From an uncultured bacterium (lineage in GTDB: Bacteria; CSSED10-310; CAZUFC01): a DNA stretch of 62,497 bases. Numbering within the stretch: position 1 is the stretch's first letter; every line of letters begins with the position of its first letter. The notes under the pieces were generated by a model. It did not search any database and was not told the origin of the DNA. It was given only the letters and a program-made list of their open reading frames with translations. A program made the position numbers and the translations under genes. The stretch covers positions 2,223 to 64,719 of the forward strand of contig CAZUFC010000037.1 of the NCBI GenBank assembly GCA_964619725.1, written 5' to 3'. Below, piece after piece: positions 28,962 to 38,823 of the stretch.

Positions 28962-31577
28962 ATGAATTTAAGTTTATCGAATAAATATGAATCGTTGAGA
29001 CGCATTTTCTGCATCAGCGTATTCTTTTTTATAACGATGATGTTGTCGGTTTCGGTCCCGATAATGGCTCAGGATTATCTTCTTATCACTGAGGTTTATT
29101 ATGATCCATCCGGAACGGAACCGGATGAGGAATGGATAGAAATTTACAATCCGGGAACGAGCGCGGTAGATTTATCCGAGTTCAAAATCGGCGACGAGGA
29201 GACGCAGGGGGGCGGCGAAGGCATGTTTCAATTTCCGGACGGTTCATCAATTGCTGCTGAGGGTGTGCAGGTAGTAGCGAATAACGGAACAGCTTTCGAG
29301 GCGCTTTACGGATTTTCACCGACGTATGAATTGAATGATTCAAGCGGTTTGATCCCGGACATGATCGAATACGGCGAATGGGCGGCAGGCTCTGTATCGC
29401 TGAGCAATTCAGGAGATGAAGTATTAATTCTGGATGCGGCTGATGCAGCGGTGGACGTAGTGACTTACGAAAACGGCTTCTATTCGGGGGTCATTCCGCA
29501 TCCGGGAGTGACGGGACAGGGGCAATCGATCGAGCGTTGTCCGGCGGATCAGGACACGGACGATTGTTCTCAGGATTTCCGCGAGGAAACGGACCCTTCT
29601 TCAACGGTTTTATCCGTTCGATTCATATGTCCGACGCCTGGGACGACATCCACGCCGACCATGACTTATACGGGGACTCAACCTCAGGGCACGCCGACCC
29701 CGACGCCGACATTAGGACCTTACCCACTGATTACCGAGACGCTATACAACGGAGTGACCGAACCGGATGATGAAGGAATCGAAATTTATAATCCTCACGA
29801 TTTCGCTATTGATCTGTCGCAATACAAGATCGGTGATGAGGAAACCCAGGGAGGCGGAGAAGGCATGTTCATTTTTCCGGCGGGTACGACGATTGATCCG
29901 GACCAGGTTATAGTTATCGCCAATAACGGACTTGCGTTCGAGGCTGAATACGGCGTAACGCCGGACCTCGAGTTCGTTAATTCATCGACGGAAATACCCG
30001 ACATGCTGGTTTACGAATCCTGGGGGACAGACAGCATAGCCTTGGGGAATTCAGGGGACCATGTGCTTCTGCTGGGACCTTCCGACGTTCCGGTCGACGT
30101 GCTTATATGGGACGGCGCTGATTTTCCCGGGGTAACGCCGCATCCGGGCGGTTGCGGCAACGGCGAATCTCTCGAACGCTGTCCGGCCGACCAGGATACG
30201 GATAACTGTGCGGAAGATTTCCTTCTTCAATCTTTTCCTTCCATGACCTTCGGATCAGTCCGCTTTGACTGCCCTACCCAAATCCCGACTTACACTTTGA
30301 CGCCTTCTCCGACCGGACCGACAGCTACGCCGACCCCTACCACCACCCATACCGTATCGGATACGCTGGTGATTTCCGAAGTCATCTACGATGCGTTGAA
30401 CGAACCTCAGGGCGAATGCATAGAAATTTACAATATGAGCGGCGAGACTATTGATTTATCGGTCATCAAAGTAGGCGACGAAGAAGAACCCGGCGGCTCG
30501 GAAGGTATGTTCGTTTTTCCCGCGGGTTCTGAAATAGCTTCGGGACAGGTCGTTCTTATCGCCAACGAAGCCGAGGAATTATTCCAGATTTGCGCTGTAA
30601 TCGCGGATTATGAATTGAACGATTCCCGGATGGATGTTCCCGATATGGTTCCATATGTCCAGTGGTCGGACGGCAATGTTGCCCTGTCGAATTCCGGGGA
30701 CCAGGTTATATTGCTTGATGAAGCCGATTCTTTCCTGGATGTCGTGACTTATGAAGGAGGTTCCTTCACAGGCGTTATACCTCATCCGGGCGTAGTCGAA
30801 AACCATTCTCTCGAAAGAAACCCTGCCAATCAGGATACCAATGATTGTTCGGAAGATTTCCTGGACCAGGAAGACCCTTGTACGACTCTCGGTTTTGTTA
30901 CGACAGGACCCACAACCCCCAGCCCAACCCCGACCCTTACGGGAACTCCCACCGTCTCTCCCACAGCCACGGCAACTGATACCCCTACCGTTACGCCTAC
31001 AGGAACTCTCCCCACCATGACGCCTACACGCACTCCGACCCTCTTGCCCACTTCCACCCTTACGCCGACATCTCCTCCCACACATACTCCCACCATCACT
31101 CCTTCCCCTACCTCTTCACCCCTTCCCACTGATACGCCAACTTATACGCCCACAAATATTCCTTCCCTCACACCCACTGACGCTCCAACCCAGGCTCAAA
31201 CGCCTACTCTCATCCCTACACCCCGTCCTCTGGGCGTCTACTTGAGTCTTTCTGAAGAGGTGTTTCATCCTTTTGACCTGTTTCTGCTGGAAGCAGAAAT
31301 CACGAATCCCGGTCCGGAAACTTACGTCAACGTCCCTTTCGTCGTCGTACTGGAAGTCGTCGGACTCTATTTCTGGTATCCCGCATGGACGGAAGACTTT
31401 GCATTTGAATTTATAGACCTCGATGCGGGCAGCTATTTAATGGAAATATTGAACTTTGAGTGGCCCGACGAACCCAGCTCCTTCGCCGGCGCCAAATTCT
31501 ACGGCGCTATGCTTAATCAGGATTTTGACAGAATATTCGGTGAATTCACCGTCGTTCAGTTCGGATGGGAACCATGA
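28962..31577 (+). CDS. Secreted protein with three lamin-tail-like (LTD) domains, Pro/Thr linkers and a ~115-aa C-terminal domain
   Basis: Three repeats of L.I(T/S)E..Y...E.IEIYN...DLS..K.GDEE..GG.EGMF.FP.G..I...L.NSGD...S.ER.PA.QDT. Confidence 0.85.
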   Translation: MNLSLSNKYESLRRIFCISVFFFITMMLSVSVPIMAQDYLLITEVYYDPSGTEPDEEWIEIYNPGTSAVDLSEFKIGDEETQGGGEGMFQFPDGSSIAAEGVQVVANNGTAFEALYGFSPTYELNDSSGLIPDMIEYGEWAAGSVSLSNSGDEVLILDAADAAVDVVTYENGFYSGVIPHPGVTGQGQSIERCPADQDTDDCSQDFREETDPSSTVLSVRFICPTPGTTSTPTMTYTGTQPQGTPTPTPTLGPYPLITETLYNGVTEPDDEGIEIYNPHDFAIDLSQYKIGDEETQGGGEGMFIFPAGTTIDPDQVIVIANNGLAFEAEYGVTPDLEFVNSSTEIPDMLVYESWGTDSIALGNSGDHVLLLGPSDVPVDVLIWDGADFPGVTPHPGGCGNGESLERCPADQDTDNCAEDFLLQSFPSMTFGSVRFDCPTQIPTYTLTPSPTGPTATPTPTTTHTVSDTLVISEVIYDALNEPQGECIEIYNMSGETIDLSVIKVGDEEEPGGSEGMFVFPAGSEIASGQVVLIANEAEELFQICAVIADYELNDSRMDVPDMVPYVQWSDGNVALSNSGDQVILLDEADSFLDVVTYEGGSFTGVIPHPGVVENHSLERNPANQDTNDCSEDFLDQEDPCTTLGFVTTGPTTPSPTPTLTGTPTVSPTATATDTPTVTPTGTLPTMTPTRTPTLLPTSTLTPTSPPTHTPTITPSPTSSPLPTDTPTYTPTNIPSLTPTDAPTQAQTPTLIPTPRPLGVYLSLSEEVFHPFDLFLLEAEITNPGPETYVNVPFVVVLEVVGLYFWYPAWTEDFAFEFIDLDAGSYLMEILNFEWPDEPSSFAGAKFYGAMLNQDFDRIFGEFTVVQFGWEP

Positions 31578-31675
31578 TCAGCATTGCAGTACCTTCTTTT
31601 TCAAACAACACGATGCCTTTCCGCTGAACTGGTTATGCCAGGGGCTCACTCTGCCTGCAGCATGCTAAACGCATC

Positions 31676-31705
31676 TTGACTTCAGACACTTTTTTTTCTT
31701 ATCAT
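31676..31705 (+). promoter_or_regulatory. Sigma70-type promoter for greA-clpP
   Basis: TTGACT-18 bp-TATCAT. Confidence 0.5.
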
Positions 31706-31785
31706 CTAACGAAAGATAGGAAAATGATGAGTATGCATCATTTTCCGCAAGGAAAAAAGATTTTGCATTCAGGTTGGGAGAAAAA

Positions 31786-32259
31786 ATGATCAACAAGGAA
31801 TACATGACGAAAAACGGTTACGACGAACTTCAAAAAGAACTCAAAAAACTCAAATCGGTCGAACGCGTTCGCGCTTCTCAGGCGATCGCTCGTGCCCGTG
31901 AATTCGGCGATTTAAGTGAAAATGCAGAATATGATGCGGCAAAAGAAGCGCAGGCACAGCTCGAAGCAAGAATATGCAACATTGAAGACAAACTGGCCCG
32001 AGCTGAAGTGATCGATACGTCAAAATTATCGGGGAACAAAGTCGTATTCGGCGCCAAAGTTTTTCTGGCTGATCTCGATACTGATGATGAAATTTATTAC
32101 ACAATCGTCGGCGAAGATGAAGCGGATATCAAACAGAATAAGATATCGCTCAAATCGCCCATAGCCAAAGCCATTATCGGCGCGGAAATCGGCGATGAAA
32201 TTACGGTCAGAGTTCCCCGCGGGACGCGTGAATTTGAAATTCTCGACATTCAATTTTAA
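31786..32259 (+). CDS. greA: Transcription elongation factor GreA
   Basis: AREFGDLSENAEYDAAKE, ISLKSPIAKAIIG. Confidence 0.97.
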   Translation: MINKEYMTKNGYDELQKELKKLKSVERVRASQAIARAREFGDLSENAEYDAAKEAQAQLEARICNIEDKLARAEVIDTSKLSGNKVVFGAKVFLADLDTDDEIYYTIVGEDEADIKQNKISLKSPIAKAIIGAEIGDEITVRVPRGTREFEILDIQF

Positions 32260-32298
32260 TAGGTTCTCAAAAAGTGTAGACCACCAAGGAGATTTTGG

Positions 32299-32907
32299 AT
32301 GAATATGTATTATCTTGACGCCAAAGAAGAAAACGATGAGGAAAAAGGTAAAGAAACTTCAGCAGAAATGCTGAAAAAGATGCTTAAAACCAGAAGCGTG
32401 CTTATTTCCGGCCCGATCGATAAAGAGCTGGCTGATAAGGTTATTAAGCAACTGCTGATGCTTGACCAGGAGTCGCAGGAAGAAATAAAAGTGTATATTG
32501 ATTCTCCGGGCGGCGATTCCGATGCCGGATTCGCCATATTCGATATGATCCGGTTTCTCGATTCGCCAGTAAGAACCATCTCTATCGGTCTAACAGCCAG
32601 CGCCGGAAGCCTTATACTGCTGGCGGCGGAAAAAGGCATGAGATGCGCCTTGCCCAATGCCAGAATTCTTATTCATCAACCGTCCAGCGGATTCACCGGA
32701 AGCGCTGCAGATGTGGCCATCCAGGCCCGCGAAATTTTGAAATTAAGAGAACGTCTGAACCAGTTGATCGCTGAAGAAACCGGTCAAAGTTATGAAAAAG
32801 TAGCGGAAGACACGGACAGAGATTTCTGGATGTCGGCAGAGGAAGCCAAAGAATACGGCCTGGTCGATAAAATAATCAAAAAGAAATCAGAGCTGGAAAC
32901 TAAATAG
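32299..32907 (+). CDS. clpP: ATP-dependent Clp protease proteolytic subunit
   Basis: YIDSPGG, ASAGS (catalytic Ser), ILIHQP, DTDRDFWMSAEEAKEYGLVD. Confidence 0.95.
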   Translation: MNMYYLDAKEENDEEKGKETSAEMLKKMLKTRSVLISGPIDKELADKVIKQLLMLDQESQEEIKVYIDSPGGDSDAGFAIFDMIRFLDSPVRTISIGLTASAGSLILLAAEKGMRCALPNARILIHQPSSGFTGSAADVAIQAREILKLRERLNQLIAEETGQSYEKVAEDTDRDFWMSAEEAKEYGLVDKIIKKKSELETK

Positions 32908-33015
32908 TGTCTGTCCACAAACTCGAATCTCGATTCAAAATTTAATGCAGGACAGTCACTGCGATCTCTGATCCGCAGACGGGAAAATTCTTCTCAAGGC
33001 AAGGAATGTAAGAAT

Positions 33016-33054
33016 TTGCGAAGGAGGCGTACAAGCAATGCGCTTCCTTCGCAG
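33016..33054. repeat. GC-rich hairpin between convergent genes (REP-like or bidirectional terminator)
   Basis: TGCGAAGGAGGCGT...GCGCTTCCTTCGCA; outer arms resemble the hairpin at 18247-18271. Confidence 0.55.
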
Positions 33055-33138
33055 ATCATCACGGTCATTAGAAAAAGAGATGTAAAAAACCGCCCCCACA
33101 TCCATCAGTCGATGAGATAATAGAAGGGGATTCTCTTT

Positions 33139-34071
33139 TTACCTGCATAAACCGTATTCTCTTTCACGTTTTTTTATCAAAGCTTGCATTTTTTCAACCG
33201 TCGAATAAGGTACGCCCGTTTTTCCCAGCGGACGCTCTTTATGATCGTGAGTATCTGATCCGCCCGTTTCCAACAACAAGCCCAAATCGTCCAACTTATT
33301 TCGCAGGATTTTTTTGTATTCGGCCGTATGTCCGGGATATTCCACCTCAAAACCGTCCAGTCCGATTTCCAGAAACCGGGGAAGCAGACGCTCTACCGTT
33401 TCATACGCGGGAAGTACTTCCTTGTAATGACTCTCTCCGGGATATGAACCGGCTGCCGGATGCGCCAGTATCCTTATGATCGGATAATTGCGCGCATAAT
33501 CTCTCAGTCGCTCCAAAGGGACGCCGCTGGGAACGTACGCCGGACTGGCATTGCCTATCATTTCCCTTACTTCAGCCTCTCCCAGTCCGAAGTCCTCTTT
33601 CAACGTCAACGCAAAATGTCGTCGCGTCGCATTGTCCGAACGATTGAAAATCTGTTCAGCCTTTAACTCTTCAGGAAAAACCGGCTTCAAACCGACAGGA
33701 CCGAATTGCTCGTTCAGCGCAGCTACCCGCCGTTTTACCAACCCGGAACCGCGCCCCTCAGACAAAACCTTCTTCGTCTCTCTCCGAAATTCTCCCAGGC
33801 TTAACAGCGCCTCGGAAAAGTATATTAAATAATGCAGCGAACCCGTAAAAAATGTCTCACGAAAACAAACCGTTATCTCCAGACCGGGTACTGTCTCTAT
33901 ATCACTCCCGCGACCGGCTTCCAGGAATTCATCTAAACCCGCCATAGTATCGTGATCCGTTAATCCTATCGCCCTTAATCCCAGCCGCTTCGCTCTCTCC
34001 ACCAGCTCTCGCGGACTGTCCTCACCGTCTGAATACGTTGAATGATTATGTAAATCTGCTTCATACTTCAT
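33139..34071 (-). CDS. PHP-domain phosphoesterase (TrpH/YciV-like)
   Basis: DLHNHSTYSDG, GLTDHD, PGLEI, LAHP, GGSDTH. Confidence 0.9.
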   Translation of the reverse strand: MKYEADLHNHSTYSDGEDSPRELVERAKRLGLRAIGLTDHDTMAGLDEFLEAGRGSDIETVPGLEITVCFRETFFTGSLHYLIYFSEALLSLGEFRRETKKVLSEGRGSGLVKRRVAALNEQFGPVGLKPVFPEELKAEQIFNRSDNATRRHFALTLKEDFGLGEAEVREMIGNASPAYVPSGVPLERLRDYARNYPIIRILAHPAAGSYPGESHYKEVLPAYETVERLLPRFLEIGLDGFEVEYPGHTAEYKKILRNKLDDLGLLLETGGSDTHDHKERPLGKTGVPYSTVEKMQALIKKREREYGLCR

Positions 34072-34080
34072 AATGCCCGA

Positions 34081-34108
34081 AGGATAGCGCTTTTCCAGCC
34101 CCTGTCAA
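34081..34108 (-). promoter_or_regulatory. Sigma70-type promoter for the PHP gene (near-leaderless transcript)
   Basis: Minus-strand TTGACA-16 bp-TATCCT ending 9 nt before the ATG; no RBS. Confidence 0.45.
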
Positions 34109-34173
34109 TTATATTTTCTGAAGATGATCTAATAGCAGGAGTTTTGTTAACAATTACAAAAATTCATAATTTC

Positions 34174-34329
34174 TGTGGATAGACTGTGGAAAAGTCACTC
34201 AAAATTGATGAATAAAGAAAAAAATGCCGAAATCCATAAGTTCGATAAAATCATTTGATTTCAATACCATAAAGCTTTTCTTGAAGTATTTGTTGAAGGA
34301 ATTCCGGTATGTGTAAAACCTGTGGATAA
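34174..34329. promoter_or_regulatory. Cluster of three co-oriented DnaA-box-like sites
   Basis: TGTGGATAG 34174-34182, TGTGGAAAA 34185-34193 and TGTGGATAA 34321-34329 in AT-rich intergenic DNA. Confidence 0.5.
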
Positions 34330-34331
34330 AA

Positions 34332-35027
34332 TCAGAGTTTCAGAGGACTGAATCGGAGATGATCGGCGGATACGCATTTGAATTCAATGCCGTTGACATT
34401 TCCTTCTACGGCATCGTTAAGAGATTGTCCGTGCAGATGTCCGTAAATGAGTATATCGGGCATTTCGTGGAAGAGAGTATCGAGAAAAAGAGACGGAGCG
34501 TTGAGAGATTCGAAGGGCGGAAAATGCATACAGGCGATGATTCTTTTGCATTTAATACTGGAATTGCGCAGATTCTGGAAAGAAGCTTTAAGTCTTTCGG
34601 CTTCTCTATGGTAAATTTTTTCATCGGTTTCTTTTTTCCAGTAAGGAGAAGAGGGACAGAGCCATCCCCTGGCTCCAACGATTGCAGAGTTTTCAATAAT
34701 ATAACTGTTACGATGTAGAATCGACATGGAATCGGGCAATCGTTTTTTCATTTTTTTCAGAGTATCCCACCAGTAGTCGTGATTTCCTTTAATGAGTATT
34801 TTTTTTCCTGGTAGAGAATGAATCCAGCCGATATCAGATTTAGCCTGATTCCAATTTTTTCCCCAGGAAATATCACCGGGAATAATGACTGAATCGTGGG
34901 AAGCGATGTTTTTCTTCCAGGCTTTAAGGATTTTATTGGAATGATCTGTCCAGGCAGGGCCGAATTTATCCATGGGTTTGTCGGCCTCGAAAGAAAGGTG
35001 AAGGTCTGAAATGGCCCAGATGGTCAT
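34332..35027 (-). CDS. Calcineurin-like metallophosphoesterase
   Basis: SDLH, PGDISW, KGNHDYWW, HFPP, YGHLH. Confidence 0.92.
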   Translation of the reverse strand: MTIWAISDLHLSFEADKPMDKFGPAWTDHSNKILKAWKKNIASHDSVIIPGDISWGKNWNQAKSDIGWIHSLPGKKILIKGNHDYWWDTLKKMKKRLPDSMSILHRNSYIIENSAIVGARGWLCPSSPYWKKETDEKIYHREAERLKASFQNLRNSSIKCKRIIACMHFPPFESLNAPSLFLDTLFHEMPDILIYGHLHGQSLNDAVEGNVNGIEFKCVSADHLRFSPLKL

Positions 35028-35209
35028 AACGGCAGTCCTGACGGAAGAGGTGAAAATCGAAAAACAAGAAAAGACAATTTATTTCGGCAAAAAATTAATC
35101 GCATCATTTTTTCCCGCGGACAATTGTTCCAAAAAGATTTGCGGCAGTCAACCTGAAAGTGTGTTGGAAGAAAGCGGAGGTGAGGGGATAAAAAGTTTTT
35201 AGACAAGTC

Positions 35210-35239
35210 TTGACAGGAAGAAAAGCAAAGTCATATACT
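35210..35239 (+). promoter_or_regulatory. Sigma70-type promoter for the RlmI-like gene
   Basis: TTGACA-18 bp-TATACT. Confidence 0.55.
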
Positions 35240-35272
35240 CGCTCCGCTTCCATAGCGGATGAGGATGGAGAA

Positions 35273-36451
35273 ATGGGGAAGTTATTTCTGAAATATAGAA
35301 GAGAAAAAAAATTACTCAGGGGGCATCTCTGGATATACAGCGGAGAAGTAGAACGGACGGAGGATTGCGTTGCGGGAGAGCCTGCGGACGTATACACAGC
35401 CAAAAAGAATTTCATAGGGCGGGGGTTTTACAACGACTCATCAAAGATAGTCTGCCGGCTTTTGACGACCGAGGAAGTTCCTCTGGATCGGAAATTTTTT
35501 GCATCGCGAATAATGGAAGCTTTGAGTTACAGGCAGCGTCTTTATCCTCGATCTGACACTTACCGGCTGGTGAATTCCGAAGGCGATTTTCTGCCTGGTC
35601 TGATCATCGACAAATACAGCGATGTTCTTGTAATTCAGACTTTAACGCTCGGTATGGAAAATCACAAAGAAGAGATAGCCGACATATTGCATGAGATATT
35701 GAATCCCACGGCGATAGTGGAGAGAAACGACGTCAACGTACGTCATCACGAAAACCTGGAGCCGATGAAGTCCGTGCTTCGGGGAATATTGCCCGGAGAC
35801 AAGATAGAGATAGAGTTGAAGGGGATAAAGTATTACATAGACGTAATGAACGGACAAAAAACGGGATTCTTTCTGGACCAGGTTGAAAATGCTTTAAAAA
35901 TAAGGAAATACGTCAAGGATTTGAATGTGCTGGATTGTTTCTGTCACACAGGACAATTCGCTTTCAATTCCTTGAAAGGCGGAGCGCGTTCGGTTATGGC
36001 GATCGACATGTCGAATTCTGCCGTAGAGCTGGCGGAAGAAAACGCTGAGTTAAACGGCTGCAAGGATCAGATTGAATGGGGAGTGGCGAATGTTTTCGAT
36101 ACTTTGCGTTCATTTGAAAAGCACGGCGTGAAGTTCGACTTCATCATACTTGATCCTCCGTCGTTTTCGAAAAGCCGTGCAGCCGTGGAAAACGCCAAAA
36201 AGGGATACAATGAAATCAATCTCAGGGCGATGAAAATAATCAAACCCGGCGGTTTTCTGGTAACCTCGACCTGTTCATATCACGTAACGGAAGAGCTGTT
36301 CAAAAACATACTGGACGGCGCTTCCCGAGATGCCAGGAAGAGGTTGAGATTGATAGAAATGCTGTCGCAGTCGAGAGATCATCCTATTCTGCTCGGCGTC
36401 CCGGAGACTCATTATTTAAATTGCATTATAATGCAGGTTTTCGATCATTAA
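35273..36451 (+). CDS. rlmI: RlmI-family class I SAM-dependent rRNA methyltransferase
   Basis: GHLWIYSGE (PUA), SEGDFLPGLIIDKY, GQKTGFFLDQ, ILDPPSF, STCS, PETHYL. Confidence 0.85.
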   Translation: MGKLFLKYRREKKLLRGHLWIYSGEVERTEDCVAGEPADVYTAKKNFIGRGFYNDSSKIVCRLLTTEEVPLDRKFFASRIMEALSYRQRLYPRSDTYRLVNSEGDFLPGLIIDKYSDVLVIQTLTLGMENHKEEIADILHEILNPTAIVERNDVNVRHHENLEPMKSVLRGILPGDKIEIELKGIKYYIDVMNGQKTGFFLDQVENALKIRKYVKDLNVLDCFCHTGQFAFNSLKGGARSVMAIDMSNSAVELAEENAELNGCKDQIEWGVANVFDTLRSFEKHGVKFDFIILDPPSFSKSRAAVENAKKGYNEINLRAMKIIKPGGFLVTSTCSYHVTEELFKNILDGASRDARKRLRLIEMLSQSRDHPILLGVPETHYLNCIIMQVFDH

Positions 36452-36603
36452 GCGGCGTGTAAATAAGAAACATTCATTGAGGAATGGAATGTAAAAGGCG
36501 ACGAAGGTCTGAGCGGAGACCTGCTCTGCGGTTTCGGACATCAAAATCAATCCATGAACAAACAGGCGGCTTATCGAAAAAAGACATTGATCAAAAAAGG
36601 TTG

Positions 36604-36754
36604 TTTTGAAGTTACAATTCGAGAGAATGTCCCATCATTTTGATTCGATTTCGAACCCTATTTCGATCCTGATCCCGATACTCATACCGCCCCCCGAACA
36701 CTGAAACAAACTGTCAAAGTTTTTGAAAGAAGTGTAACCCCAGTTTGATCAGTC
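36604..36754 (+). repeat. Dispersed repeat family A, full copy
   Basis: TTTTGAAGTTACAATTCGAGAGAATGTCCCATCATTTTG...CGATCCTGATCCCGATAC...AAGTGTAACCCCAGTTTGATCAGTC. Confidence 0.8.
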
Positions 36755-36771
36755 TTCGACAGACTATGGAT

Positions 36772-37545
36772 TCAAGGAGCGCTTTTCATCCGGTCGAACG
36801 CTATTTTCAGTCCTTTCAGAGTCAGTTGGTCGTCCACGCAGTTGATGAAGCGGGAATCTTTCGTATAAAATCTCGCATATCCTCCTGTGGCAATAATCGA
36901 TTTCGCTCCTCCCAGGTCCTTGTCCATACGTTCGATTATTCCGTCTATCATGCTCAGATAACCGTAATACAATCCTGACTGTATGCTGCCTACCGTGGTC
37001 GTTCCGATGAAAGAATCCGGTTTTTGCATGCTGACCCGCGGCAATTTCGATGCCCTCTGGAAGAGAGCTTCCGACGATATCTGGATGCCGGGGGTTATTA
37101 TGCCGCCCAGATATTCTCCTTTCTCATTTATACCGCAGAATGTAGTCGCTGTCCCGAAATCCACTATTATGACGGGCTTCTCGTAATGCTTCAAAGCTCC
37201 CAGCGCATTCGCTATCCTGTCAGCTCCCACCTCCGACGGATTCTCGTATAAGACCGGCATACCGTAATCATCCCTGGGATCGAGAACTAACGCTTCGATT
37301 TTCCAATAGTTCTTCAAGCAGCACAGCAACGCCGGCAGTGACGGAGGCACCACGCATGATACGAGAGCATCGGAAAAACAGTTATTTTTTAAACCTTTCA
37401 GGAACAAGAAATTACGAATCCAGACCGCATATTCGTCTGAAGTTCTTATTTTTGAGGTCGTTAATCTCCAATATTCTTTTAACTTATCACCGTCATAAAT
37501 GCCCATAACGGTATTCGTATTACCTATGTCGACAACCAGCAGCAT
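36772..37545 (-). CDS. coaX: Type III pantothenate kinase
   Basis: LLVVDIGNTN, VGADR, VDFGTATT, GGIITPG, IATGG. Confidence 0.95.
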   Translation of the reverse strand: MLLVVDIGNTNTVMGIYDGDKLKEYWRLTTSKIRTSDEYAVWIRNFLFLKGLKNNCFSDALVSCVVPPSLPALLCCLKNYWKIEALVLDPRDDYGMPVLYENPSEVGADRIANALGALKHYEKPVIIVDFGTATTFCGINEKGEYLGGIITPGIQISSEALFQRASKLPRVSMQKPDSFIGTTTVGSIQSGLYYGYLSMIDGIIERMDKDLGGAKSIIATGGYARFYTKDSRFINCVDDQLTLKGLKIAFDRMKSAP

Positions 37546-37833
37546 TTTTCCGCCTTCCTTCAGTGTTTCGGTCATTGATCAAACTTCAATTTCATACGGC
37601 AACGGTTATTGATGGTCCCGGTCGCTCCTGCACATGGAAACGGCAACCTGATCGATCATGAAAAAATTTCCAGCATTTCAAATTTCGAATAAGAGTCTGA
37701 CAGGTCATACATCTTTCGTACACTTTACGCAAAGGATCATAAAAATTTCTTGTTGTGAGCGAGATGCCGATTTGTCGCATCCGTCTGGTCAGTCCCATTT
37801 ATCCGCGTCATTGATTCAATAAAGCGAAACGGA

Positions 37834-38703
37834 TCATTCCACAAATTCCAGGTCCAGGGATATGTCCGCGGGTTGAATATGTTGAGTGACGGCGCCCATG
37901 GAAATATAGTTTACTCCGGGCATTAAATAATTCTGAAGATCACCGGGCGTGATTCCACCCGATATTTCCACTTCAGCGCGTCCGTCAATCATCCTGACGG
38001 CCTTTTCGATTTCCCGCGGATTCATATTATCCAGAAGTATTATGTCCGCTCCCGCTTCCAACGCCTCAACCGCTTCATTAAGATTATCCGTTTCAGCTTC
38101 TATCTTTAAGGTGTGCGGACACGATTCTCTTACCTTTTTTATCGCCTTACTTATGCTTCCTCCGCATGCTTCCTTATGATTATCCTTTATCAGAATGCCG
38201 TCTGAAAGATTATACCGGTGGTTCTTGATGCCGCCCAGATGAACAGCGTATTTCTCCAGCAACCTCCAGCCGGGCAGAGTTTTTCTTGTATCCAGGATTT
38301 TTACGCCGGTCCCGCGTACGGCATCGGAAATTTCCCGGGCCCTTTTCGCCAAACCGCACAGCGGTTGAATAAAATTCAAAATGACCCTTTCGGCGGAAAG
38401 CATTGCTCGAACAGGACCCCGTATCTTTCCCACGGTTGCGCCGGAACTCACGGAGATGCCGTCGTGCAAGGATGTTTCAAAAAGCAATTCAGCGCTGTAT
38501 TTTCCTATTATCAAAGGAATCAAAGGCAATCCGGCGACCACCAGCTCCTCCTTTGACCTTAACGTCCCTTCTCCTCTTAATTCCAGATCAACAGTCAACC
38601 GGGTCGTTATGTCGCCTGTCCCTATGTCTTCTTCCACTGCCAGATCAACCAATTTCAATATCAGCGGATGATTGAAAAAAACATCATCTTTTCCGGCGTG
38701 CAT
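37834..38703 (-). CDS. nadC: Quinolinate phosphoribosyltransferase (nicotinate-nucleotide pyrophosphorylase)
   Basis: EDIGTGDITT, AERVILN, DTRKTLPG, NHR..LSDGILIKDNH, IILLDNM, EISGGI. Confidence 0.95.
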   Translation of the reverse strand: MHAGKDDVFFNHPLILKLVDLAVEEDIGTGDITTRLTVDLELRGEGTLRSKEELVVAGLPLIPLIIGKYSAELLFETSLHDGISVSSGATVGKIRGPVRAMLSAERVILNFIQPLCGLAKRAREISDAVRGTGVKILDTRKTLPGWRLLEKYAVHLGGIKNHRYNLSDGILIKDNHKEACGGSISKAIKKVRESCPHTLKIEAETDNLNEAVEALEAGADIILLDNMNPREIEKAVRMIDGRAEVEISGGITPGDLQNYLMPGVNYISMGAVTQHIQPADISLDLEFVE

Positions 38704-38823
38704 AATATGTCGTCTCCTCAACCTGACCGTTTGAACTCACGAATATCGTTGTCAACGGTCTCCCTTGCAATCCCATTCAGGCGGTTCGGTCTATCGATGT
38801 AATTCATTGCGGATGCTTGTTTT

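Noticed and set aside
37546-37833. Possible birA remnant or small gene between nadC and coaX
   Set aside because: No recognisable BirA motifs; the 68-aa ORF lacks an RBS and any recognisable family signal.
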